64,000 nucleotides of DNA from positions 478-64,477 of the forward strand of contig JBJDZN010000061.1 of assembly GCA_051868045.1 (NCBI GenBank), given 5' to 3'. The DNA comes from Eubacteriales bacterium. GTDB lineage: Bacteria; Bacillota; Clostridia; Oscillospirales; CAG-272. The notes below the pieces were generated by a model, which saw only the letters and a program-made list of their open reading frames with translations, made no database searches and was not told where the DNA came from. Positions 56,988 through 64,000 of this stretch are shown here, piece after piece. Both the position numbers and the translations under genes were made by a program. Position 1 is the stretch's first letter; every line of letters starts with the position of its first letter.

Positions 56988-57524
56988 TTACTCTGCGGCG
57001 GGAGCGGGTGCAGCTTCTTCTGCTGCGGGTGCGGACTGCTTGTCGATGATCGCCTGAAGAGCGATAGCCAGCTTGCTGACAGGGCTCCTCATGCCGCCGA
57101 GTAGCTTTCCGACCAGGATGGGCTTTGCGGGAACTTTTGCGAGAGCAGTAACCTGTTCTGCGTTCATGGGCTGACCGTCTACAAATCCTGCCTTGATCTC
57201 AAAGGTTTCGACCTTGTCGGCGTATTCCTTCAGAATCTTTGCGGGCGCAACCTCATCGCCGGTAGTGGTGGCGATGGCGTTCATGCCGTTCAGACAATCC
57301 TTGATGGACGAATAGCCTGCATTGTCCAGAGCCATTCCGGTAAAGGTGTTCTTGTACACCTTGTACTCAACGCCTGCCTTACGAAGGGCGGTACGAAGAG
57401 CGGTGTCGTCCTCAACGGTGATACCCTGATAGGACACGATGACACCTGCGGTGGCATTCTTAACCTTTTCGGTCAGCTCGGCAACAATGGCTTTGTTCTT
57501 TTCAAGTACACTTGCGCTGGGCAT
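56988..57524 (-). CDS. rplJ: 50S ribosomal protein L10
   Basis: 178 aa with VVSYQGITVEDDTALRTALRKAGVEYKVYKNT. Immediately upstream of rplL. Confidence 0.97.
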   Translation of the reverse strand: MPSASVLEKNKAIVAELTEKVKNATAGVIVSYQGITVEDDTALRTALRKAGVEYKVYKNTFTGMALDNAGYSSIKDCLNGMNAIATTTGDEVAPAKILKEYADKVETFEIKAGFVDGQPMNAEQVTALAKVPAKPILVGKLLGGMRSPVSKLAIALQAIIDKQSAPAAEEAAPAPAAE

Positions 57525-57680
57525 TTTCTACCTCCTGTAAAAATAAAAAAATTCCTCAGACACCGTCAGACGGCACAAAGGAAAGACAGAAGATTGCATC
57601 CGCTTCGGATGCTGTTCAATTCTTTCACCTCGGCGGGACTTACACGGATGGCTCCGTACCTGCTGTCTTAGGCTTACTTT
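57525..57680 (-). promoter_or_regulatory. rplJ 5' leader, probably an L10(L12)4 autoregulatory leader (L10_leader type)
   Basis: A leader of about 155 nt lies between a consensus promoter and rplJ. It has hairpins (for example gcatccgaagcggatgc) and an AGACAGCAGGUAC...CCGAGGUG segment. The family call rests on position and memory; no covariance model was run. Confidence 0.5.
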
Positions 57681-57683
57681 GGC

Positions 57684-57712
57684 ATTATAGCAGATGATTT
57701 GAGATTTGTCAA
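57684..57712 (-). promoter_or_regulatory. perfect consensus sigma-A promoter of rplJL
   Basis: Minus strand: TTGACA (57712-57707), 17 nt spacer, TATAAT (57689-57684). Confidence 0.75.
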
Positions 57713-57895
57713 CCCCTTTTTCGAATTTTTTTGATGAAATCCTGAATTTTTTTGATTTCGTGCTTGACAGATAAATCGGGGTATGATATTCTTTTTGACA
57801 AGGCATTTTTTTGAAAATAATTCAGTCTTTTTCAAAGATTTTCCGTATTGATTTTATATCAATGAATGTCCGTTTGACAGAATTGCTGAAAGAAG

Positions 57896-58155
57896 GTGAG
57901 TCCCATGGAGGACAGAGACATCATCCGGCTTCTTCAAAGTGACCCTCAGCGGGGCACCGAGGAGATGATCCGCAAATATCAGCGTCTTTGCGACTCGATC
58001 GCCGGACGCATTCTGCCGGCTTTTCCATCCGGTTTGAATACCGGGAGGGCAGTGAAGAGCAGGGGGAGAAGCAGTTTGACTGTCTGCGGGAAAGCATCCT
58101 GATGAGCTATCCTGAGTTTGACGGAGTGGAGATCGGGCTCGGTCAGATCATTTGA
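57896..58155 (+). pseudogene. remnant of a sigma-70-family (ECF-like) sigma factor gene, truncated and frameshifted
   Basis: MEDRDIIRLLQSDPQRGTEEMIRKYQRLCDSIAGRIL matches the N-terminal pattern of small clostridial sigma factors and then degenerates. A second frame continues FEYREGSEEQGEKQFDCLRESILMSYPEFDGVEIGLGQII to the TGA at 58153-58155. No region 4 is present. Confidence 0.35.
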
Positions 58156-58241
58156 GGCATACCCCTTTGCCTTTTTGGAAATGAAAAATTTGTACAAAAA
58201 GTAAATTCGACAAAAATAAAGTGAAAAAATTGTAAAAGCCC

Positions 58242-58270
58242 TTGATTTTTTCGGAAAGGTGAGGTATAAT
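58242..58270 (+). promoter_or_regulatory. sigma-A type promoter of pckA
   Basis: TTGATT (58242-58247), 17 nt spacer, TATAAT (58265-58270). Confidence 0.65.
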
Positions 58271-58373
58271 TTATACTGGTGGAAAAAGTTGAGTCGTTAT
58301 AATCCGAAGGCGGATCAGAACGGCTCATGCCCACATTACACCCGTTTTATACAAAATTCATATAAAGGAGAAA

Positions 58374-60167
58374 ATGAAAATGACCAACAACAAGTATGTT
58401 CTCGACTGGATAGGCGAGATGGCTGCCATGACACAGCCTGACAAGATCGTCTGGATCGACGGAAGCGAAGAGCAGACTCAGGCTCTTCGTGAGGAAGCTT
58501 GCGCCAGCGGCGAGCTGGTAAAGCTGAATCCCGAGCTTCTGCCTAACTGCTATCTCCACAGAACCGCCATCAATGACGTTGCCCGTGTAGAAAGCAGAAC
58601 CTTCATCTGCACCCCCACCAAGGAGGAAGCAGGCAATATCAACAACTGGGTAGAACCCTCTGAAATGTATGCCAAGCTGAAGAAGCTGTACACCGGCTCC
58701 ATGAAGGGCAAGACCATGTATGTCATCCCCTACTCCATGTCCGTTGTCGGCTCCGAATTTGCAAAGATCGGTATCGAGCTGACCGACTCCATCTACGTCG
58801 TTCTGAATATGCTGATCATGACCCGTGCCGGCAAGGCGGTCATCGACGCACTGGGCGGATCCCCCGACTTCGTCAAGGGTCTGCATGCCACTGCCGACTG
58901 CGATGAGAACAACCGTTACATCACCCACTTCCCTCAGGACAACACCATTATGTCGGTCAACTCGGCATACGGCGGAAACGTTCTGCTGGGCAAGAAGTGC
59001 TTCGCTCTTCGTATTGCATCCTATCTGGGACGCAAGGAGGGCTGGATGGCAGAGCATATGCTGATCCTGGGTCTTGAGAATCCTCAGGGCGAAATCAAGT
59101 ATATCACTGCCGCATTCCCCTCTGCCTGCGGTAAGACCAACCTGGCAATGCTGATTCCTCCTAAGATGTACCGTGATCAGGGTTATAAGGTATGGTGCGT
59201 CGGCGACGATATTGCATGGCTGAGAGTCAATAAGGAAGACGGCAGATTGTACGCCATCAACCCCGAGAACGGTTTCTTCGGCGTAGCTCCCGGAACCAAC
59301 TCCCATTCCAACCCCAACGCTCTGGCTACCACCAAGCGTGACACCATCTTCACCAACGTCTGCCTGAACACCAAGAACATGACCGTTTGGTGGGAGGGTC
59401 ATGACGATCCCGCTCCCGAACCCGGTTATGCTATCAACTGGAAGGGCGAGCCCTGGGATTATCGTACCTACGATAAGGCAGATAAGGTCAACACCTCCGG
59501 TGCGCATCCCAACTCCCGTTTCACCGCAATGGCAAAGAACTGCCCCTGCGTATCGCCTGAGTTCGACTCCACCAAGGGCGTTCCCGTATCGGCAATCATC
59601 TTCGGCGGACGCCGTGCAAAGACGGCTCCTCTGGTATATCAGTCCACCAGCTGGCAGCACGGTACCTTCATCGGCTCCATCATGGCATCCGAGACGACCG
59701 CAGCCGCAGCAGGTGCTGTTGGTGTCGTTCGCCGTGATCCTATGGCAATGCGTCCCTTCGTAGGCTACAACATGGGCGATTACTTCGCACACTGGCTGGA
59801 GATGGGTAAGAGAATTCCCAATCCTCCCAAAATCTTCCACGTCAACTGGTTCAGAACCGATGACGAGGGACACTTCATTTGGCCCGGATTCGGCGACAAC
59901 TTGCGTGTTCTTCTGTGGATTCTTGACCGTTGCGAGGGCAAGGTTGACGCAGTAGAGTCCCCCATCGGCTATCTGCCCAAGCCCGAGGACATCAACATCG
60001 AGGGTCTGGATCTCACTCAGGAGACTCTGAAGGACCTGCTCTCTGTGGATGTCGATAGCTGGAAGGCTGATATTGCAAACATCAAGGAGTTCTACGCTCT
60101 GATCGGCGATCATGTACCTGCCGAGCTGTACGAAGAGCTTGCTGCTCTGGAGAAGAGACTGGGCTGA
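58374..60167 (+). CDS. pckA: phosphoenolpyruvate carboxykinase (GTP)
   Basis: 597 aa with the kinase-1a P-loop context FPSACGKTN, DDIAWL, and NWFR..DEG.F.WPGFGDN blocks typical of GTP-dependent PEPCK. Confidence 0.95.
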   Translation: MKMTNNKYVLDWIGEMAAMTQPDKIVWIDGSEEQTQALREEACASGELVKLNPELLPNCYLHRTAINDVARVESRTFICTPTKEEAGNINNWVEPSEMYAKLKKLYTGSMKGKTMYVIPYSMSVVGSEFAKIGIELTDSIYVVLNMLIMTRAGKAVIDALGGSPDFVKGLHATADCDENNRYITHFPQDNTIMSVNSAYGGNVLLGKKCFALRIASYLGRKEGWMAEHMLILGLENPQGEIKYITAAFPSACGKTNLAMLIPPKMYRDQGYKVWCVGDDIAWLRVNKEDGRLYAINPENGFFGVAPGTNSHSNPNALATTKRDTIFTNVCLNTKNMTVWWEGHDDPAPEPGYAINWKGEPWDYRTYDKADKVNTSGAHPNSRFTAMAKNCPCVSPEFDSTKGVPVSAIIFGGRRAKTAPLVYQSTSWQHGTFIGSIMASETTAAAAGAVGVVRRDPMAMRPFVGYNMGDYFAHWLEMGKRIPNPPKIFHVNWFRTDDEGHFIWPGFGDNLRVLLWILDRCEGKVDAVESPIGYLPKPEDINIEGLDLTQETLKDLLSVDVDSWKADIANIKEFYALIGDHVPAELYEELAALEKRLG

Positions 60168-60196
60168 TCGGTCCGTCATAAAGGATAACGGAATCC

Positions 60197-60239
60197 ATCC
60201 CTGCCGCCAAGGCATTACCGTCGGCGGCAGGGATTTTTG
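60197..60239 (+). terminator. rho-independent terminator after pckA
   Basis: Stem atccctgccgcc / ggcggcagggat, then ttttgc. Confidence 0.85.
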
Positions 60240-60286
60240 CAGAATATGTGAAAAATCGGAAAAATCGGAAAAGGCAGGGAAGAATC

Positions 60287-61144
60287 ATGTGGAAAACCAA
60301 ACTGTGCTTGGGCGTCGGTGATTTTACAGGCACCCCCGAGGGGGACATCCGTCTGTTTCATGAGACGGGCTTTGATGCCTTCTTCACCGGATGGAAAAGG
60401 GACGACGATCTGAAAAAGTATCGCCGCCTGGCAGATGAACTGGGAATGATCTATCAATCGGTGCATGCCCCCTTTGGCAGGTCGGCGGATATGTGGAAAG
60501 GCGGCGAGGCGGCAGAAAATGCCGTACGGGAGCTGACCGACTGCCTGTATGCCGTTGCCGGAGCGGAGGTTCCGATCATGGTCGCCCACGCCTTCATCGG
60601 ATTCAAGGATCATAGCCCCACCGATGCGGGAGTGGAGAGCTATGGGAAGGTTCTGAAGACCGCCGAGCATCTGGGCGTGAAGCTGGCACTGGAGAATACC
60701 GAGGGCGAGGAATATCTCGATTATCTCATGAAAAATCTCCCCGACAGTCCGAATCTTGGCTACTGTTGGGATAGCGGGCACGAAATGTGCTACAACCGGG
60801 GCAGGGATCTGCTTGCCGATTACGGGGATCGACTGATCTGCACCCATCTCAACGACAATCTGGGCATCCGGGACTATGGCGGTGAGATCACCTGGATCGA
60901 CGATCTGCATCTCCTCCCCTTTGACGGAATTGCCGACTGGAAGTACAATACCGACCGTCTGAACCGTGCCGGATATGACGGGATCCTGACCTTTGAGCTG
61001 GTCAGAGGCTCCAAACCCGGCAGACATGAGAATGATAAGTACGGGAAGATGACGGTAGAGGAGTATATCGCCGAGGCGTACGCCAGAGCCTGCCGTGTTG
61101 CGGCATTGAAAACGGGACTTTGGAACGGACAAGACAGAGACTGA
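60287..61144 (+). CDS. sugar phosphate isomerase/epimerase (xylose isomerase-like TIM barrel) family protein
   Basis: LALENTEG, GYCWDSGHE and THLNDN blocks typical of AP endonuclease 2/TIM-barrel family proteins. Trimmed to the in-frame ATG 60287. Confidence 0.75.
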   Translation: MWKTKLCLGVGDFTGTPEGDIRLFHETGFDAFFTGWKRDDDLKKYRRLADELGMIYQSVHAPFGRSADMWKGGEAAENAVRELTDCLYAVAGAEVPIMVAHAFIGFKDHSPTDAGVESYGKVLKTAEHLGVKLALENTEGEEYLDYLMKNLPDSPNLGYCWDSGHEMCYNRGRDLLADYGDRLICTHLNDNLGIRDYGGEITWIDDLHLLPFDGIADWKYNTDRLNRAGYDGILTFELVRGSKPGRHENDKYGKMTVEEYIAEAYARACRVAALKTGLWNGQDRD

Positions 61145-61147
61145 ACG

Positions 61148-61188
61148 AAAAAACCATACCGAACCCTTACAGCTTGGTATGGTTTTTC
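61148..61188 (+). terminator. rho-independent terminator
   Basis: Stem aaaaccatacc / ggtatggtttt, then tctg. Confidence 0.75.
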
Positions 61189-61218
61189 TGTTTACGATAA
61201 AGAGGAAGGACGGTTATC

Positions 61219-61518
61219 ATGATCAAATTGGAACTGACGCTGGATAAAATCGACTATAACGCCCTGATTGACGCCCTGCTTCCCATCATGATGGACAAGC
61301 TGGCGGACAGTGACGATCCCAAACTGCGGATGGCGGCGAAATTCCCGCCTGCCATGGCGTCGGCGGCACTGAAATCCCTGCCTGAGGAAAAAAAGGAGGA
61401 GATCACCGTGGTGCTTCTGGATAAATATAAATGGAAGCTGGTCAGCGGACTGTATGGGCTGACACAGCAGTACGGAGTTTCTGCCGACATCACCGATGTG
61501 AAGGTGGAAAGGGCATAG
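61219..61518 (+). CDS. small hypothetical protein (99 aa)
   Basis: Good RBS (AAGAGGAAGGA), a clean ORF, and terminators on both sides. No family recognised. Confidence 0.6.
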   Translation: MIKLELTLDKIDYNALIDALLPIMMDKLADSDDPKLRMAAKFPPAMASAALKSLPEEKKEEITVVLLDKYKWKLVSGLYGLTQQYGVSADITDVKVERA

Positions 61519-61535
61519 GAATTGTTACTATTTTG

Positions 61536-61568
61536 AAAAACTTCCCATTGCAATTTGCGGAAGTTTTT
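61536..61568. terminator. bidirectional terminator between convergent genes
   Basis: aaaaacttcc (13-nt loop) ggaagttttt: a stem flanked by an A run and a T run. Confidence 0.7.
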
Positions 61569-61575
61569 AGAAAGG

Positions 61576-61609
61576 TCCGGGAAACCTTTTTTCCAAAAGG
61601 TTTCCCGGA
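61576..61609. terminator. strong 15-bp stem-loop, probably the terminator of the GH27 operon
   Basis: tccgggaaacctttt / aaaaggtttcccgga with a ttcc loop, just downstream of the minus-strand 76-aa ORF. Confidence 0.6.
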
Positions 61610-61627
61610 TTCAATCTTCATTCCTGC

Positions 61628-61858
61628 TCATGGGAACAGGGTGCATCCCTGACTGCGGAGAACTTCGATTTTCTCCATCAGTGTCGTATGGGAAATTTTC
61701 AGCCGTTCCGCCAGACATTTCGTACAGTAGTACGCCGTTGCCCCACGGTTGAGAAACCGCTTGGTGGCACCGGGTCCGTAGCGATCCAGATCCCCTCCGC
61801 AGGAAAGGCACTTTCCTGCATTTTGGGACCGGAGCAAATCCGTCTTTGCGTCATCCAT
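61628..61858 (-). CDS. small Cys4 zinc-ribbon / HTH-like protein (76 aa), translationally coupled to the GH27 gene
   Basis: CLSCGG...CTKC gives two CxxC pairs, followed by LAERLKISHTTLMEKIEVLRSQG (HTH-like). Its start overlaps the alpha-galactosidase stop (TGATG). Confidence 0.6.
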   Translation of the reverse strand: MDDAKTDLLRSQNAGKCLSCGGDLDRYGPGATKRFLNRGATAYYCTKCLAERLKISHTTLMEKIEVLRSQGCTLFP

Positions 61859-63027
61859 CAGCAGTAGGGCTTGGTGTAGGCGCCGGGCTGAAGGGGTACC
61901 AGACGGCAGCGCAGAACCATACAGTCATGGGGTTCAACAGATGCCCGGAAATGATCGAGATAGACGCCCAAAACCTTGTTTTCCCACAGATCGGTGATTT
62001 CCAGCGCACGCTCTGCCGAACGGTCGATGCCAAGCTCGCAGAAGGGGAACCAGGGAGCCTGACGGTAATCGGACATATTGAAGATACCGATGGCGAGATC
62101 GCCGCCATCCAGATGCTTTGCCCAGATCTGGAGCTGATTTCTGTCGTCGGAATTCGGGTTGCCGCTGATCAGGAAGGGTTGTCTGCCGCCTCTGTCCTGA
62201 TTGATGGCGATGATGCGGGGATTGGTGACAATGTCCAGCGTCTCCTTGCTCATGTTACGGATGTCGCAGCCCAGCATCAGAGGGGAGTTCAGGAACGCCC
62301 ATGCCGAGAAATGGGTGCGGTACTCCACATCCGTGCAGCCGCCCAATGCCACGTTTCCGCTGCCGTGCATACCTACGATCAGCATATCCATGTCGTTGAA
62401 GCAGCCCAGTCCGTTGAACTTCTGGAGCCGTACCTGACGCCAGAGCAGGTCCTTGACCGATTCCCAGTTGTCGGCAATATCGCCGGTGGAACGCCACAGA
62501 TGAGCACCCGTTTCCTTAATCCATTCCTCTACATTGTCGCATCCCCAGTTGCAGGCGGAAAACAGGATGTCTCTGCCGCAGTTTTCCAGAGCCAGACTCA
62601 TCTTGTGGTAGAGCAGTCTGCCATATGCGGAACCGGGCTTGTAGCAGTTGTCGTATTTTAAGTAGTCCACACCCCATTCTGCCAGCGTTTCGGCGTCCTT
62701 GAACTCATATTCGTAGGATCCGGGGAAGGCTCCGCAAGTGAAAAGACCGTCGCAGGAGTACATTCCGAATTTCAGACCCTTGGAGTGGACGTAGTCGGCA
62801 ACGTACTTCATGCCGTGGGGGAATTTTACGGGATCGGCAACCAGTCTGCCGTTCTTGTCCCGCATTTTTTCGGACCAGCAGTCGTCGATGACCAGATACT
62901 CGTAGCCTGCGGCAAGCAGACCGGATGTGACCATCTTGTCGGCGGTCTCCAGAATCATTTTCTCATTGATGTTATTGCCAAAGGTGTTCCATGTGTTCCA
63001 TCCCATGGGAGGTGTCAGTTTAATCAT
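61858..63027 (-). CDS. alpha-galactosidase, glycoside hydrolase family 27
   Basis: PPMGWNTWNTF, YEYLVIDDCW and GLKFGMYSC blocks typical of GH27. Trimmed to ATG 63027 (MIKLTPP, GAAAGGAA RBS). Confidence 0.9.
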   Translation of the reverse strand: MIKLTPPMGWNTWNTFGNNINEKMILETADKMVTSGLLAAGYEYLVIDDCWSEKMRDKNGRLVADPVKFPHGMKYVADYVHSKGLKFGMYSCDGLFTCGAFPGSYEYEFKDAETLAEWGVDYLKYDNCYKPGSAYGRLLYHKMSLALENCGRDILFSACNWGCDNVEEWIKETGAHLWRSTGDIADNWESVKDLLWRQVRLQKFNGLGCFNDMDMLIVGMHGSGNVALGGCTDVEYRTHFSAWAFLNSPLMLGCDIRNMSKETLDIVTNPRIIAINQDRGGRQPFLISGNPNSDDRNQLQIWAKHLDGGDLAIGIFNMSDYRQAPWFPFCELGIDRSAERALEITDLWENKVLGVYLDHFRASVEPHDCMVLRCRLVPLQPGAYTKPYC

Positions 63028-63108
63028 GGTTATCAGTTCCTTTCTGCCTTTTCTTTTTTTTAAAGAATTGCACGGTTTTCCGGAAATTTGCAATCCTCTT
63101 CATTCCGC

Positions 63109-63137
63109 ATTATACTTGATTTCTTTTTTGGATTCAA
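63109..63137 (-). promoter_or_regulatory. sigma-A type promoter of the GH27 operon
   Basis: Minus strand: TTGAAT (63137-63132), 17 nt spacer, TATAAT (63114-63109). Confidence 0.6.
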
Positions 63138-63274
63138 TAGGAAAAGGACACTTTTAACAGAAAGTTCACATATTTTGCACAAAATTGTTGGGTACGGATT
63201 TAATTATGTTGCATAAATTGCTGAAAATGTCAAAAATAACGACTCCGAAAGCTATGAAAAGACACTATTTGCCC

Positions 63275-63303
63275 TTGACTTTTGAAGGAAAGAGGTTTAT
63301 AAT
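63275..63303 (+). promoter_or_regulatory. sigma-A type promoter of the terminal lipoprotein gene
   Basis: TTGACT (63275-63280), 17 nt spacer, TATAAT (63298-63303). Confidence 0.65.
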
Positions 63304-63332
63304 GTTTTCATCAAAAGAAAGGAGTTGTACCC

Positions 63333-64000
63333 ATGAAAAGAATTCTTGTCACTTTGCTGCTTGCTGCAGTAACTCTCGGTTCGATGATTGCCTGTAACAA
63401 TGAAACAAACAATTCAGGTGATACAACGACCCAAAGTTTGACCACCACCACGACGGTCACAACGACCACCACGACAAAGACCACCACCACGACAAAGGCG
63501 GCGGAAAATCCCGATCCCTCTGAGCCCGACCGCGCACCTCTGGCTTACTCCATTGACGCCGATATTACGATTGAATCCGGCAATGCGGGAATCGTTCTCT
63601 GTGCTTCCGATCCGAGTAACTTCCTGATGTGGCAGTTTGCCATCGGCGAATATAATAACGGCTACCTGTATTTCCGCCCCCACTACTGGGTAAACGGTAT
63701 CCCTTCCTGCGCATATGAAATTGCCATCAATGATGAGGATCTGATTCCCGATCTTCCCGTTGAGTACGGAACAACCTATCACTTGACCATCCAGATTCTG
63801 GAAGATGAGTCCATTGTTACGCTGGTCAACAATATTGAAATTGATTATGACAGTTACTTCAGATCCTTCATAAATTTGGATGAAGGAGTCGGTATGATCG
63901 GTTTCCGGTGTACAGGTACCAGTTCTGAGCCTGAAATCGGACTCTTTGATAACATCGTCATCAAGAACGGTGCAGGCGATGTCCTGCTGAACGAAACCTT
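63333..64000 (+). CDS. lipoprotein with a poly-Thr linker and a beta-rich (possibly ConA/LamG-like) domain; partial, continues beyond the window
   Basis: My translation: MKRILVTLLLAAVTLGSMIACNNE... (lipobox), then TTTTTVTTTTTTKTTTTTK, then ...GMIGFRCTGTSSEPEIGLFDNIVIKNG. It is absent from the ORF track because there is no stop in the window. The domain guess is weak. Confidence 0.7.
   Translation, partial: MKRILVTLLLAAVTLGSMIACNNETNNSGDTTTQSLTTTTTVTTTTTTKTTTTTKAAENPDPSEPDRAPLAYSIDADITIESGNAGIVLCASDPSNFLMWQFAIGEYNNGYLYFRPHYWVNGIPSCAYEIAINDEDLIPDLPVEYGTTYHLTIQILEDESIVTLVNNIEIDYDSYFRSFINLDEGVGMIGFRCTGTSSEPEIGLFDNIVIKNGAGDVLLNET

Noticed and set aside
60250-60272. Short direct repeats: gaaaaatcg x2 upstream of the TIM-barrel gene, and aatgaaaagaga x2 at 41326-41349 upstream of the U32 gene.
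   Set aside because: Both are two-copy micro-duplications in AT-rich spacers or RBS regions, with no further copies or associated features.
1-64000. A search by eye for tRNA, rRNA, tmRNA, CRISPR arrays, integrases, phage genes, toxin-antitoxin pairs and known defence genes.
   Set aside because: None was found. There are no T-loop (GGTTCGAATCC-like) signatures with an acceptor-stem context, no spaced repeats, and no recombinase or structural phage proteins among the translations. tRNAscan-SE, Infernal, PADLOC or DefenseFinder would be needed to exclude them formally.

Overview
This 64-kb window is chromosomal DNA from a moderately GC-rich, endospore-forming Firmicute. It looks Clostridia-like, judged from polC, rny-ymdB-spoVS, spoIVA and a ylmC/ymxH homologue. 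Almost all of it is core housekeeping. In order: a partial UgtP-like glycosyltransferase; rpmG-secE-nusG-rplK-rplA; a CPBP-like membrane protein; pepD; a lipoprotein; spoIVA and ylmC/ymxH; a small acidic repeat protein; rpsB-tsf; a self-contained phosphate module (phoP-phoR, a secreted unknown, a Na/Pi symporter, pstSCAB-phoU); pyrH-frr-uppS-cdsA-dxr-rseP-ispG-polC; a surface CotH-family protein; glyA; an esterase; mnmE; two tandem DD-carboxypeptidase paralogues; a U32 peptidase; a membrane-anchored transposase-like protein; rny-ymdB-spoVS; a lexA locus; an M14 peptidase; pepF; a flavin reductase-rubredoxin fusion; ppa; tpiA-pgk; rplJ-rplL with an L10-type leader; GTP-dependent pckA; a TIM-barrel protein; a GH27 alpha-galactosidase; and a partial lipoprotein. 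By eye I found no rRNA or tRNA genes, no CRISPR array, no prophage, no intact IS element and no recognisable defence system. The many long ORFs antisense to recognised genes are artefacts of GC-rich codon usage. I did not find a convincing novel multi-gene system. The best leads are modest: (1) a membrane-tethered IS630-like transposase homologue with degenerate catalytic positions and a perfect consensus promoter; (2) a lexA operon with a co-transcribed 6-TM protein and a divergent peptidoglycan peptidase around a Cheo-type SOS box; (3) two adjacent repeat-bearing small proteins next to spoIVA; (4) phased TTAACA/TTAACC Pho-box arrays at three promoters of a Pho module that interrupts the conserved tsf/pyrH block; (5) separation of rplKA from rplJL. 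Several ORF-track starts were trimmed to internal starts with better RBS and homology support. All functional calls come from my own recognition of the translated sequences, not from database searches.
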